Source: Kiritimatiellia bacterium (lineage in GTDB: Bacteria; Verrucomicrobiota; Kiritimatiellia; RFP12; UBA1067). Taken from it: a DNA stretch of 64,000 bases. Each line of letters begins with the position of its first letter. Positions within the stretch are counted from its first letter, which is position 1. Under the pieces are notes generated by a model. The model saw only the letters and a program-made list of their open reading frames with translations, was not told the DNA's origin and did no database searches. Of this stretch, positions 9,299-18,993 are shown piece after piece. A program made the position numbers and the translations under genes. The stretch is taken from assembly GCA_045656285.1 (NCBI GenBank), contig JAZOQY010000032.1, positions 6,758-70,757 of the forward strand, given 5' to 3'.

Positions 9299-10177
9299 AT
9301 GAAAAGAGTTGCATTGTTTTTGCTGACGAATATCGCGATGATGATCACATTGACCATTGTTGCACACATAGCATGCGCATTGCTCGGCACCACCGTGGCT
9401 GATCTGATTGGCGACGAGTGGGCTCATTTGGCTATTTTCGCATTTGTGTTCGGCATGCTTGGCGCGACAATTTCGCTTTTGATTTCAAAGCCCATGGCGA
9501 AGTTCGCATGCGGGGCCGTGGTTATAGACGGAACAGAGGGTGAAGCCGAGCGCTGGCTTGTTGAAACCGTGGCCGATCTCGCACGTCGTGCAAACATAAA
9601 AATGCCAGAGGTGGCCATTTATGAAGGTGCGGCAAATGCTTTTGCCACAGGCGCATTCAAGAACAGCGCTCTTGTCGCCGTTTCGACCGATATCATGAGA
9701 CAGATGACAAAGGAAGAGCTGAGGGCCGTTCTTGGCCATGAGATCAGCCATGTCGCCAATGGCGATATGGTGACCCTCACGCTCGTGCAGGGCATTCTTA
9801 ACGCATTTGTCATCTTTTTCTCCCGCATGCTCGCGCGCGTCCTCTCTTCGAACGGCGAAAACCGCCGTTCTTCAGGCGGAATGTATTTCATGCTGGTCAT
9901 CGTCTTTGATATAGTTCTTGGAATATTGGCGTCGCTGGTCGTTTTTGCGTATTCCCGCCGCCGTGAATTTGCGGCCGATGCCGGATCTGCGCGTCTTTTG
10001 GGCTCGCCGTCGTCAATGATAGCCGCCTTGCAGCGTCTGGGCAATCTGCAGCCCGGCGTTCTGCCGGATTCCCTTAAGGCGATGGGAATCGCCGAAGGAA
10101 AGAAAACGTCTCTCTTTTCGACGCATCCGTCGCTTGACGACCGTATTGATGCGCTTCGCAATTTTCATCAGCAGTAA
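9299..10177 (+). CDS. htpX: Zinc metalloprotease HtpX (peptidase M48)
   Basis: N-terminal TM helices, an HEISHVANGDM zinc motif, and a typical length of 292 aa. Confidence 0.9.
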   Translation: MKRVALFLLTNIAMMITLTIVAHIACALLGTTVADLIGDEWAHLAIFAFVFGMLGATISLLISKPMAKFACGAVVIDGTEGEAERWLVETVADLARRANIKMPEVAIYEGAANAFATGAFKNSALVAVSTDIMRQMTKEELRAVLGHEISHVANGDMVTLTLVQGILNAFVIFFSRMLARVLSSNGENRRSSGGMYFMLVIVFDIVLGILASLVVFAYSRRREFAADAGSARLLGSPSSMIAALQRLGNLQPGVLPDSLKAMGIAEGKKTSLFSTHPSLDDRIDALRNFHQQ

Positions 10178-10192
10178 GGTAAATTTTGTTTT

Positions 10193-12445
10193 ATGGCGAA
10201 TTCGGAAATTCTTGCCAGGATCGTCGGTGAAGTCGGCGCTTCCTCCCATCAGATATCTGCCGTCGAGAAACTCCTGGGCGAAGGAAACACGGTTCCGTTC
10301 ATCGCCCGCTACCGAAAGGAGATGCACGGCAATCTCGACGAGGTGGCTATCGGCAGGATTCAGGAGCGCCTGACGTATTATACGGAGCTTGAATCGCGCA
10401 AGGAGACCATTCTCAAATCGATCGCCGATCAGGACAAGCTGACGGAGGATCTGGAGAAGAAGATACGCGAATGCTACCAGAAGTCGGCGCTGGAAGACCT
10501 TTACCAGCCTTACAAGCCCAAGCGTCGCACTCGCGCCCAGGTGGCGAAGGAAAAAGGCTACGGGCCGCTTGCGGAGTCGATCTGGAGCGGCGATGAAGCG
10601 GCGGCTTCGGCTGCGGGCGAAGAGGATCTTCAGTTCGCCCGCGACATAATCGCCGAGCGCGTCGCCGATATGGCCAACGTGCGCGGATACGTTCGGCAGC
10701 TTTTCGCCACCAAATCGACCGTCAAAAGCGAGGTCGCTTCTCCGAAGCCGGCCGAGCCGACCAAATTCGAACAGTACTACGAGTTTTCCGAATCGATTTC
10801 GACCATCCCGTCGCATCGCTATCTCGCCATACGCCGAGGCCAGAAAGAGGGCGTTCTTTGGGTCAAGCTTGAGCTCGACAGGGAGCTGGCCCTGGAGGGG
10901 ATTCTGGACCTGGTGGCCAAAGACGCCCCCGGCGCCGCGTCAAGAGGAGTCTGCGAGCGTCAGATAACGCTTGCTTCCGAAGATGCCTACAAGAGGCTGC
11001 TGGCTCCCTCCTGCGAGGTCGATGTCACGGTCGACAAGAAGATGGAGGCCGATCGCGCGGCGGTCGAGGTGTTCGCCGAGAATCTTCGCCATCTTTTGCT
11101 TGCCGCACCGTTGGGCGAAAAGGCCGTTCTCGCGATCGATCCCGGGATCCGCACCGGCTGCAAGGTTGCGATGATGGATTCGACCGGCAAATATCTCGGC
11201 AAGACCGTGATCTATCCGCAGCAGAATCCGCAGGAGGCGGCCAAGGCCGTTGCGATGATCGTCAACAAGTATCGCCCTGAAGCGATTGCGGTAGGCAACG
11301 GGACTGCAGGCCGCGAGACTGAGACGTTCGTCCGCCAGACTTTGAAGAAGCTTCACGAGCAGCATCCCGAAATTCCGACCCCCATGGTCGTGAGCGTAAG
11401 CGAATCGGGCGCATCGGTCTATTCCGCCAGCGAAATTGCCCGCAAGGAGTTCCCCGATCTCGATCTGACGGTTCGCGGCGCGATATCGATAGGCCGCAGG
11501 CTTCAGGATCCTCTCGCGGAACTTGTAAAGATCGATCCGAAGGCCATCGGTGTCGGACAGTATCAGCATGACGTCCATCAGCCGCTTCTCGGCTCGAAGC
11601 TCGATGAGGTTGTGGTAAGCTGCGTGAACGGCGTCGGTGTCGAGCTGAATACGGCTTCGGCTCCGCTTCTGGAGCGCGTTTCCGGCGTCGGCGCATCGCT
11701 CGCCAAGGCTATTGTCGAGTGGCGCAACGAGAACGGCAAGTTCACGAGCCGTGAAGATCTGAAGAAGGTCAAGGGGCTTGGCGCCAAGGCGTTTGAGCAG
11801 TGCGCCGGCTTCTTGAGAATCCGCGGGGCGGCGAATCCGCTTGATTCCTCGGCCGTGCATCCCGAGCGGTATGAACTTGTCAACAGGATGGCGCTCGACA
11901 TGGGCGTAGGCCTCGGCGAGCTTGTGGGCAACCAGTCTCTCGCATCGAAGATCAATATCCGCAATTACATTACGAATGAAGTCGGCGAGCCGACATTGAA
12001 GGATATCGTTTCTGAATTGGCCAAGCCCGGGCGCGATCCGCGCGCTGTCTTCGAGCCGCCGAAGTTTCGGGATGACGTCACCAAGATAGAGGATGTCCGC
12101 GAAGGAATGAAGCTTGAGGGCGTCGTCACCAATGTCACGGCGTTTGGCGCGTTCGTTGATATCGGCGTCCATCAGGACGGGCTTGTCCATCTTTCCGAGC
12201 TGAGCGATAATTTTGTCACAGATCCGGCCAGCGTGGTCAAGGCGGGCGACAGGCTTCAGGTTACGGTAATCGGTGTTGACGTTGCCCGTCAGCGCATCTC
12301 GCTTTCGGCGAAGTCCAAGCCCACGGTCGGTGCACCGGTCGGCAAAAGCGCGTCCTCGGGAACTCGTGAGCCGAGAAGGGCGCGCACATCCTTCGCCCCG
12401 AGTTCGGGGTCGGGGTTCAGCTGCAATCCTTTCGCCAATTTGTGA
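10193..12445 (+). CDS. tex: Tex-like transcription accessory protein (YqgF/HhH/S1 domains)
   Basis: ISAVEKLLGEGNTVPFIARYRKE at the N-terminus, a C-terminal S1 domain (GVVTNVTAFGAFVDIG) and a length of 750 aa. Confidence 0.9.
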   Translation: MANSEILARIVGEVGASSHQISAVEKLLGEGNTVPFIARYRKEMHGNLDEVAIGRIQERLTYYTELESRKETILKSIADQDKLTEDLEKKIRECYQKSALEDLYQPYKPKRRTRAQVAKEKGYGPLAESIWSGDEAAASAAGEEDLQFARDIIAERVADMANVRGYVRQLFATKSTVKSEVASPKPAEPTKFEQYYEFSESISTIPSHRYLAIRRGQKEGVLWVKLELDRELALEGILDLVAKDAPGAASRGVCERQITLASEDAYKRLLAPSCEVDVTVDKKMEADRAAVEVFAENLRHLLLAAPLGEKAVLAIDPGIRTGCKVAMMDSTGKYLGKTVIYPQQNPQEAAKAVAMIVNKYRPEAIAVGNGTAGRETETFVRQTLKKLHEQHPEIPTPMVVSVSESGASVYSASEIARKEFPDLDLTVRGAISIGRRLQDPLAELVKIDPKAIGVGQYQHDVHQPLLGSKLDEVVVSCVNGVGVELNTASAPLLERVSGVGASLAKAIVEWRNENGKFTSREDLKKVKGLGAKAFEQCAGFLRIRGAANPLDSSAVHPERYELVNRMALDMGVGLGELVGNQSLASKINIRNYITNEVGEPTLKDIVSELAKPGRDPRAVFEPPKFRDDVTKIEDVREGMKLEGVVTNVTAFGAFVDIGVHQDGLVHLSELSDNFVTDPASVVKAGDRLQVTVIGVDVARQRISLSAKSKPTVGAPVGKSASSGTREPRRARTSFAPSSGSGFSCNPFANL

Positions 12446-12464
12446 AATAAAACAGTCTGGAATA

Positions 12465-12473
12465 TGGTATAAT
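12465..12473 (+). promoter_or_regulatory. Extended -10 element (TGgTATAAT)
   Basis: tggtataat lies 32 nt upstream of the ATG at 12506, followed by RBS aaaggagga. Confidence 0.4.
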
Positions 12474-12505
12474 AATTGTAACTGAATGACAAAAAGGAGG
12501 ATACG

Positions 12506-13000
12506 ATGAAAAAATTGCTTGTTATGCTTTGTGGTGTTGCCGTTGCCATGACGGGTGTCGCTCAAGACGCTCCCAAGGCCGAGGGCGACAAGCCTGGCGT
12601 CAAGGCCGAAGAAGGCGCGCCCGGGCCTTCCGCGGAGGCTCGTCAGCAGCGTCAGCGTATGCGTCGCGAGGGAATGAAGAACCGCCAGAGGCCCGTGACG
12701 TTCGTCATAGACGAGAAGACCACGAGCGAGCAGATCGAGGCGTTCAAGAAGGATGTCTGCGCCAAGATCGACGAGGCCGCCAAGTCTTATGCCGCTCAGG
12801 AGGGAGAGAAGAAGTCTCCCAAAAACATCATTCTTTTTGTAAACGACCGTCCGAGCCGTGCACGCTATGAGGGAATGCGCGAGGGCGGTGTGCGCCGTGG
12901 CCCGCGCGATGGTATGCGCCGCGGTCCGCGTGAAGGCGGCGATCGCGGCCCGCGTGAGGGCGGCGACCGTCCCGCCGGGTCCGCCGAGGCGAAGAAATAA
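12506..13000 (+). CDS. Small secreted basic protein with C-terminal GPR(D/E)GG repeats
   Basis: Strong RBS, signal peptide MKKLLVMLCGVAVAMTGVAQ, and a tandem RGPRDG/RGPREGGD/RGPREGGD tail. I recognise no family. Confidence 0.6.
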   Translation: MKKLLVMLCGVAVAMTGVAQDAPKAEGDKPGVKAEEGAPGPSAEARQQRQRMRREGMKNRQRPVTFVIDEKTTSEQIEAFKKDVCAKIDEAAKSYAAQEGEKKSPKNIILFVNDRPSRARYEGMREGGVRRGPRDGMRRGPREGGDRGPREGGDRPAGSAEAKK

Positions 13001-13036
13001 TTTTAAACCGTAAATACAACAAAAGGATAGTTTTAC

Positions 13037-14074
13037 ATGAAAATTCTGGTAACTGGCGGTGCGGGCTTTATCGGCAGCCACACTGTTGTCGAGCTTCTGA
13101 ACGCCGGGCATGACGTAGTTGTCGTCGATAACCTCTGCAACAGCTCTAAGAAGTCGCTCGCCCGCGTCAAGAAGATCACGGGCAAGGACGTCACGTTCTA
13201 CAAGATCGACATCCGCGACGAGAAGAAGCTCAATGCAATGCTCGACAAGGAAGCTCCGTTCCAGGCGACGATCCATTTCGCCGCTCTCAAGGCCGTCGGC
13301 GAATCGACGAAGATTCCGCTCAAGTACTACAACAACAACCTCGGCGGAACGTTCACGCTTCTGAAGTGCCTTGCCGACCACAACTGCAAGAACATCGTGT
13401 TCTCGAGCTCGGCTACGGTTTACGGCGATCCCGCCTCGGTGCCGATCCGCGAAGACTTCCCCACGCCCGGCTGCACGAACGCCTACGGCTGGACAAAGCT
13501 CATGATGGAGCAGGTCTTCAAGGACGTCCAGAAGGCCGATCCCGAGTGGAACGTCATCCTTCTTCGCTACTTCAACCCGATCGGCGCCCACAAGTCCGGC
13601 CTTATCGGTGAAGATCCGGCGGGCATCCCCAACAACCTTCTTCCGTTCGTCGCCCAGGTCGCCATCGGCCGCCGCGAAGAGCTCAGCGTTTTCGGCAACG
13701 ACTATCCGACTCCCGACGGTACTGGCGTCAGAGACTACATCCACGTCGTCGATCTCGCCATCGGCCACCTGAAGGCCATCGAGAAGATCGAGAAGGAGCC
13801 CAAGCTCGGCCTTAAGGTCTACAACCTCGGCACCGGCAACGGCTATTCCGTCCTTCAGATCGTCAAGGCGTTCGAGAAGGCCTCCAAGAAGCCAGTCCCC
13901 TACAAGATCTGCCCGCGTCGTCCCGGCGACATCGCCGAGTGCTGGGCTGACCCCTCGCTCGCCGCGACAGAGCTCGGCTGGAAGGCGGAGCGCGGCATCG
14001 AAGAGATGTGCAAGGACGCATGGCGCTGGCAGAAGAAGAATCCCTACGGTTTCAACAAGCCGAAGAAGGCTTGA
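13037..14074 (+). CDS. galE: UDP-glucose 4-epimerase
   Basis: MKILVTGGAGFIGSH Rossmann motif, YGWTK (YxxxK), and 345 aa colinear with GalE. Confidence 0.9.
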   Translation: MKILVTGGAGFIGSHTVVELLNAGHDVVVVDNLCNSSKKSLARVKKITGKDVTFYKIDIRDEKKLNAMLDKEAPFQATIHFAALKAVGESTKIPLKYYNNNLGGTFTLLKCLADHNCKNIVFSSSATVYGDPASVPIREDFPTPGCTNAYGWTKLMMEQVFKDVQKADPEWNVILLRYFNPIGAHKSGLIGEDPAGIPNNLLPFVAQVAIGRREELSVFGNDYPTPDGTGVRDYIHVVDLAIGHLKAIEKIEKEPKLGLKVYNLGTGNGYSVLQIVKAFEKASKKPVPYKICPRRPGDIAECWADPSLAATELGWKAERGIEEMCKDAWRWQKKNPYGFNKPKKA

Positions 14075-14104
14075 GCGAGACTGCGATAAAGAGCGACGAA
14101 AAAG

Positions 14105-14731
14105 GTGACGGCTCTTGATTACATCCTGAACGGACTTGAAGCCGAGCTGCAGCTTGAACGCGAGCTCGGTGTTCGTTTTGTCGAGTGTGATCGAAGCGTG
14201 CTGGAGCCTGTCGTTGCAGAGGCGCCGCCTCCTGCGGAGGTAAAGGCGCCTCAGGTTGTCGCCGCGACGAGGGTTGAGGCGGCGTTTGCGCCCGGCAATG
14301 CTGTTGCCTCTGCTTCAACGCCAGTCGAGCGAATCGCCGCAGAGGCTGCACCGGGCGAAAACCGGGGCGGCTTTGATTTTGTCTTTCTGCACGAAAAGCC
14401 GCTTTCTCCGAAGGGCGCAGAGATGATCTCCAAAATCACCGCCGCATTGAAGACCACCGCCGAACTTGCACCCGTGGTGGATTCGGCTCCGTTGCCCGAT
14501 GCGAGGATATATGTCGTTCTCGGGGCGCTTGCGCTCAGGAAGTGGTTCCCGGAAATAAAGGCCGCGCCGGGAATGTGGGTCAAGACACGTGCCGGGAGCG
14601 ATGTTCTCGTGACGTATTCGCCCGAATACATTTTGAGATTTGGAACTGTCACGCCCGCTGTCGAGAAGATCAAAAAAGACATGTGGACATCACTTAAGGC
14701 CGTCGCTCAGAGGGCGGCCCAGAAAAGATAA
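14105..14731 (+). CDS. Uracil-DNA glycosylase-superfamily-like protein (family 4-like layout, catalytic motifs not evident)
   Basis: GTG start after aaaaagg. The C-terminal half (FDFVFLHEKP...IYVVLGALALRKWF...VLVTYSPEYILR) matches the UDG family 4 layout, but GEGP is absent. Confidence 0.4.
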   Translation: MTALDYILNGLEAELQLERELGVRFVECDRSVLEPVVAEAPPPAEVKAPQVVAATRVEAAFAPGNAVASASTPVERIAAEAAPGENRGGFDFVFLHEKPLSPKGAEMISKITAALKTTAELAPVVDSAPLPDARIYVVLGALALRKWFPEIKAAPGMWVKTRAGSDVLVTYSPEYILRFGTVTPAVEKIKKDMWTSLKAVAQRAAQKR

Positions 14732-14743
14732 AGGACTTTGTCT

Positions 14744-15526
14744 ATGCTGAACGAAAAATGCGAGATACTTGTTCATGATGAGCTTGCCGCCGGTTACCGG
14801 CTTTTGGTCGTCAAGGCTCCCGAGATGGCGCCGCAGCTCGTGCCCGGCCAGTTCGTTCACGTAAAGGTTCCCGCTCTCGAGAAGAGCGCTTTGAGGCGTC
14901 CGTTCTCCGTGTTCAACGCCGAGGACGGCAAGGTGTTCATACTTTACAAGACCGTCGGCCGCGGAACCGCCGCGCTCAACGCGGCGAAGGTCGGCGAGAC
15001 GCTTGAGATAATAGGGCCTCTCGGGCATGGCTTCCCCGTGAAGTGCGACGGCGCGGCTCTGCTTGTCGGCGGCGGCTACGGCGTCGCGCCGCTTTACTTC
15101 CTCGCCAAGCGTCTTGTCGCTTCGGGCTGGAATGGCCGTCTCGCCGTGTTCATCGGAGGCCGCACCAAAGACGATCTTCTCGCCGTCGAAGAGTTCAGAT
15201 CGCTCGGCGTCGAGCTTCATCTTGCGACAAATGACGGCAGCGAAGGCGTCAAAGGTCTTGTTACCGATCCTCTCGACGACGAGCTCATCAGTATCCGCGA
15301 GGCGGGCGGCAAGTTCGAGCTTTTCGCGTGCGGTCCCGATCCGATGCTCAAGGCCGTTGCGTTGAGGGCTACGGGCACGCGTTCGAAAGGGTGGATCTCG
15401 ATGGATCGCCACATGATCTGCGGCGTCGGCGCGTGCTACGCGTGCATCCAGAAAACGGTTCGCGGCAATTCGCGCTGCTGTGTAGAGGGGCCAGTCTTCG
15501 CGGCGGAGGATCTTGTTTGGGAATGA
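14744..15526 (+). CDS. pyrK: Dihydroorotate dehydrogenase B electron-transfer subunit
   Basis: FAD/NAD-binding layout (RRPFSV, GGGYGVAPL) and a C-terminal 2Fe-2S cluster motif CGVGACYACIQ. An ATG at 14744 is preferred over the TTG at 14738 because of its spacing from aaagga. Confidence 0.85.
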   Translation: MLNEKCEILVHDELAAGYRLLVVKAPEMAPQLVPGQFVHVKVPALEKSALRRPFSVFNAEDGKVFILYKTVGRGTAALNAAKVGETLEIIGPLGHGFPVKCDGAALLVGGGYGVAPLYFLAKRLVASGWNGRLAVFIGGRTKDDLLAVEEFRSLGVELHLATNDGSEGVKGLVTDPLDDELISIREAGGKFELFACGPDPMLKAVALRATGTRSKGWISMDRHMICGVGACYACIQKTVRGNSRCCVEGPVFAAEDLVWE

Positions 15527-15557
15527 TGCCGGAGCGGGAGTGAAAGGGATCTAAATC

Positions 15558-16511
15558 ATGATAGACACAAAAGTTAATCTCGGTGGACTTGAAATGGCGA
15601 CTCCGCTCACGACGGCGAGCGGAACGTTCGGCTACGGCACGGAATACGTAGGTGCCGTAGATTACTCCAAGCTCGGCGCAGTTACCGCCAAAGGAATCCG
15701 CGTCGACGCATGGCCGGGCAATCCGATGCCGCGCCATTGCGAAGTCCCCGGCGGTCTTGTGAACGCGATCGGTCTTCAGGGTACGGGCGTAAAGCACTTT
15801 CTCGACATTACCGTTCCGTGGTATGCCGATTCGGTTGGCGAGGCTGCCGGCGCCAAGGCTCCGCCGATGATCGTGAACATCTGGGGCGGGAGCGTCGATG
15901 AATATGCCGATGTCGCCCGTAGGCTCGATGAATACGCCCTCGCCAATCCCGGCTCTCCCGTCGCTGCGCTCGAATGCAACGTAAGCTGTCCGAACGTGAA
16001 GGCGGGCGGCCATACCTTCGGTCAGGATCCCGCCGTTCTCAACGGGCTTGTCGCCGCCGTAAGAAAGTCGACGACTTTGCCTCTTATCGTGAAGCTGGCG
16101 CCGAACGTCCCCGATATCCGCCCCTATGTCAAGGCGTGCGAGGATGCCGGAGCCGATGCGCTTGCTCTCATCAACACGATCCCCGCGATGGTTATCGACA
16201 TCGAGAAGCGCAAACCCGTTCTCGCCAACCGTACGGGCGGTCTTTCGGGCCGCGGAATCCATCCCGCCGCCGTAAAGGTCGTGTACGACGCGTACAGGGC
16301 GACCAGGCTCCCGATTCTCGCTATGGGCGGAGTCTACGAGGCGAAGGATGCGATCGAGTTCATGCTCGCGGGAGCGACGGCGGTCGCGCTCGGTACGGTC
16401 CTCTTCACCGATCCAGGTGCGGTGAGCGACGTCTACGACGGCATGGCTGCCTACTGCGAGCGTCATGGATTCGGCTCAATGTCGGCACTTACAGGAGCAT
16501 TGGAGGGCTGA
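15558..16511 (+). CDS. pyrD: Dihydroorotate dehydrogenase B catalytic subunit
   Basis: TIM-barrel DHOD class 1B motifs (ASGTFGYG, NVSCPN, GGLSGRGIHP). It sits next to pyrK. Confidence 0.9.
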   Translation: MIDTKVNLGGLEMATPLTTASGTFGYGTEYVGAVDYSKLGAVTAKGIRVDAWPGNPMPRHCEVPGGLVNAIGLQGTGVKHFLDITVPWYADSVGEAAGAKAPPMIVNIWGGSVDEYADVARRLDEYALANPGSPVAALECNVSCPNVKAGGHTFGQDPAVLNGLVAAVRKSTTLPLIVKLAPNVPDIRPYVKACEDAGADALALINTIPAMVIDIEKRKPVLANRTGGLSGRGIHPAAVKVVYDAYRATRLPILAMGGVYEAKDAIEFMLAGATAVALGTVLFTDPGAVSDVYDGMAAYCERHGFGSMSALTGALEG

Positions 16512-17780
16512 ATGTCGAAACTGACGTTTTATATTCTGCGCGAGTTCCTTGTCCCGCTTTTCTACTGTCTGGTGGGATTTCTGGGGATTTACATCCTTTT
16601 TGAACTGTTCGGGTCGTTTTCGCGTCTTGCGGATTCTAATCTTTCGTTCAAGGAATGCGTCCTTTATTTTGGAGGGTACCTTTCGCCGTTTTTCCACTAT
16701 CTCGTGTCTGCGGCGATGATGCTGGCGACGCTCTATACGATGTGGAATTTCTGCCGTCATTCCGAACTCACCGCGATGCGCGCCAGCGGCATAAGTCTGC
16801 TTGCCGTCGTGAAACCGCTGCTTTTGGCGGGCGGCATGATGGCGCTGTTCATTCTCTGGGTGAGCGAATCGTATATGCCGGAATACGGTCAGTGGGCCAA
16901 ACAGCTGAAGACAGAGCGTTTTGGCACCAGAAAGAAAGCCAACGGCAATGTATTTCTGTTCAGCAACACGCGCGATAAGCGCAAGTGGACGATCGGAAAC
17001 AGCGAAAACAGGGAGTATTCCGAGTTGACGAACGTTTCTGTCGATCAGGAGAACCCCAACGGCACCACCAAGTTCAACATCACGGCCGAGAAGGCCTCGT
17101 ACCTTGACGGCGAGTGGTGGTTCTTCAATCCGAAGATTCAACATTACGGGCACGGTCGGCAGATCAAATCTCCTGCGCCTGAGATTGACGGGTTGACATT
17201 GCGTTCCTTCCCCGGGTTCAAGGAAACGCCCGACGACATTCGCACTCAGCAGAGCAATCCCAAATTTCTGTCGGTCAAAGGCAAGTTGGACTATATCAAG
17301 AACAACACCAATCTGGAGGAAGATCAGAAAAGAGAGTATGCGTACGATGCATGGGCCCAGGTGGCGGCTCCGTTGTCGTGCATTGTGGTGATGCTGTTTT
17401 CGATCCCTGCGGGGGTGACATCTGGCCGTCAGTCCGTCTTTAAAGGCATTCTCGGCTCGATCGGAATGTTCTTTGCGTTTCACGGCTTTTCAATTGTGTG
17501 CATGGTGCTCGTGAGGTGCGGTTACCTCGCTCCGATTCCTGCGGCGTTGTTGCCCATCGCGGTGTTTCTGAGCGTCGGAATATTCTTTTTCCACAACACG
17601 CTCGAGGCGACATTGCGTGTTTTGGGCGTTTATCTCGTGCTCTTTGCGTTTTACGTCGTAGTGGCGGCGCTTCTTGTCTCCAAATGCGGTTTCGGATTTA
17701 CGGCGGCACATCTTCTCGCGTTTCCGCTTCCGTTGGTCGCGGCGGTCATGTGCACATCAAGATTGCGCTTCAGAGGGTGA
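16512..17780 (+). CDS. LptF/LptG-family LPS export permease (YjgP/YjgQ)
   Basis: N-terminal MSKLTFYILREFLVPLFYCLVGF and a 3+3 TM layout with a periplasmic insert. The start abuts the pyrD stop (TGAATG). Confidence 0.8.
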   Translation: MSKLTFYILREFLVPLFYCLVGFLGIYILFELFGSFSRLADSNLSFKECVLYFGGYLSPFFHYLVSAAMMLATLYTMWNFCRHSELTAMRASGISLLAVVKPLLLAGGMMALFILWVSESYMPEYGQWAKQLKTERFGTRKKANGNVFLFSNTRDKRKWTIGNSENREYSELTNVSVDQENPNGTTKFNITAEKASYLDGEWWFFNPKIQHYGHGRQIKSPAPEIDGLTLRSFPGFKETPDDIRTQQSNPKFLSVKGKLDYIKNNTNLEEDQKREYAYDAWAQVAAPLSCIVVMLFSIPAGVTSGRQSVFKGILGSIGMFFAFHGFSIVCMVLVRCGYLAPIPAALLPIAVFLSVGIFFFHNTLEATLRVLGVYLVLFAFYVVVAALLVSKCGFGFTAAHLLAFPLPLVAAVMCTSRLRFRG

Positions 17781-18460
17781 AGTCGATAAAGATCATTTTT
17801 GAGGACGACGACATAGTCGTTGCAGACAAGCCGGCGGGAATGATCGTCCATTCGGCTCCGGGCCATACCGATTGCTCTCTCGCCGATTGTCTTGCGAAAT
17901 CCAGGAAGGGGATGTACGATTGCGGCAGCCGCGAAAGGCCAGGAGTCGTTCATCGTCTTGACATCGGCACGAGCGGGGTGATGGTCTTCGCAAAAACTCC
18001 GAGAGCCTACCGTGCGTTGCGCGACGCCTTCGAGTCTCATTGCGAAATCAGAAAGACGTATCTCGCCGTTCTGCACGGCTCGCCGAAAACGAAGACCGGA
18101 CGAATCGAGAACAATATCGGCCGCAAGCCGTGGGATTCAAAGCGCATGGCTGTCGATGTTCCTGACGGAAAGAGGGCTGTGAGCGAGTGGTCTGTCTTGG
18201 CCAGGAAAATGGGCGTCTCGCTGGTGGAGTTCGTGATCGAAACCGGGCGTACCCATCAGATTCGCGTTCATGCGGCCCATCTTGGATGCCCGATAGTTGG
18301 CGATGAACTCTACGGCGATTCCGCCAAAGACAGAAGGCTTCGCGTGAAGCCGATGCGCACCTTGCTTCACGCTGTCGAGATTTCTTTCCCCCATCCGGTC
18401 AGCCGCAAGGTCGTCACATTCGCTTCTCCGCCTCCTGCCGATATAATTTATTCGGTGTGA
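17777..18460 (+). CDS. RluA-family pseudouridine synthase (no S4 domain)
   Basis: Motifs VVADKPAGMIVH, HRLDIGTSGVMVFAK and THQIRVH. A GTG start at 17777 overlaps the lptF/G stop (GTGA). The ORF-track start at 17498 would lie inside lptF/G. Confidence 0.8.
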   Translation: MKSIKIIFEDDDIVVADKPAGMIVHSAPGHTDCSLADCLAKSRKGMYDCGSRERPGVVHRLDIGTSGVMVFAKTPRAYRALRDAFESHCEIRKTYLAVLHGSPKTKTGRIENNIGRKPWDSKRMAVDVPDGKRAVSEWSVLARKMGVSLVEFVIETGRTHQIRVHAAHLGCPIVGDELYGDSAKDRRLRVKPMRTLLHAVEISFPHPVSRKVVTFASPPPADIIYSV

Positions 18461-18560
18461 TTTTCGGCGCTTTTGCATTGCAGACGGCGTATTGTTTCGG
18501 CCAGCGCATGCGCAATGCAAAACGTGTTTTGGGGGATGTAAAAAAAATTAAAATTCCCTA

Positions 18561-18590
18561 TTGCAATCCAACCGAACTTTGTGATATACT
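18561..18590 (+). promoter_or_regulatory. Promoter of the tRNA Gly-Lys-Phe cluster
   Basis: TTGCAA (18561-18566), 18-nt spacer ending in TG, then TATACT (18585-18590). Confidence 0.55.
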
Positions 18591-18623
18591 ATGTCTCGTT
18601 TTCGGGTGATACGCGAAACGCTG

Positions 18624-18699
18624 GCGAGCTTAACTCAGTTGGTAGAGTGCCACCTTGCCAAGGTGGTTGTCGAGGGTTCGAGTCCCTTAGCTCGCTCCA
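18624..18699 (+). tRNA. tRNA-Gly (GCC)
   Basis: A hand-folded cloverleaf. Acceptor gcgagct/agctcgc, anticodon stem ccacc/ggtgg with loop ttGCCaa, T-loop gttcgag, and an encoded CCA. Confidence 0.9.
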
Positions 18700-18720
18700 A
18701 TCAATCCGAGGCAGTGAAAT

Positions 18721-18796
18721 GGGAGCATAGCTCAGCTGGTAGAGCAAGTGACTCTTAATCACTGGGTCCAGGGTTCGAATCCCTGTGCTCCTACCA
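18721..18796 (+). tRNA. tRNA-Lys (CTT)
   Basis: Acceptor gggagca/tgctcct, anticodon stem agtga/tcact with loop ctCTTaa, T-loop gttcgaa, and an encoded CCA. Confidence 0.9.
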
Positions 18797-18813
18797 TTTC
18801 CAACCTATACTGT

Positions 18814-18889
<76 letters not shown>

Positions 18890-18906
18890 AATATTAGTTT
18901 ATGAAA

Positions 18907-18930
18907 CCTCGCAGATGCGAGGCTTTTTTT
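18907..18930 (+). terminator. Rho-independent terminator after the tRNA cluster
   Basis: cctcgc-agat-gcgagg hairpin followed by c and T7. Confidence 0.75.
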
Positions 18931-18952
18931 ATGCAAAAAAGACACGTAAATT

Positions 18953-18961
18953 TGGTATAAT
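18953..18961 (+). promoter_or_regulatory. Extended -10 element (TGgTATAAT)
   Basis: tttggtataat lies 32 nt upstream of the ATG at 18994. Confidence 0.45.
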
Positions 18962-18993
18962 TTAAAAAAATTATCAGTAAGGAACAATCCGTC

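Noticed and set aside
10940-13768. A 942-aa ORF on the minus strand
   Set aside because: It is antisense to tex, the small secreted-protein gene and galE, and it even spans their intergenic regions. It has a low-complexity Arg/Ala/Leu composition and no motifs, so it is a shadow ORF.
18471-18530. An 11-bp inverted repeat ttttgcattgc...gcaatgcaaaa after the pseudouridine synthase gene as a terminator
   Set aside because: The loop is about 30 nt and the downstream T-run is short (cgtgtttt). It is plausible but too weak to list as a feature.
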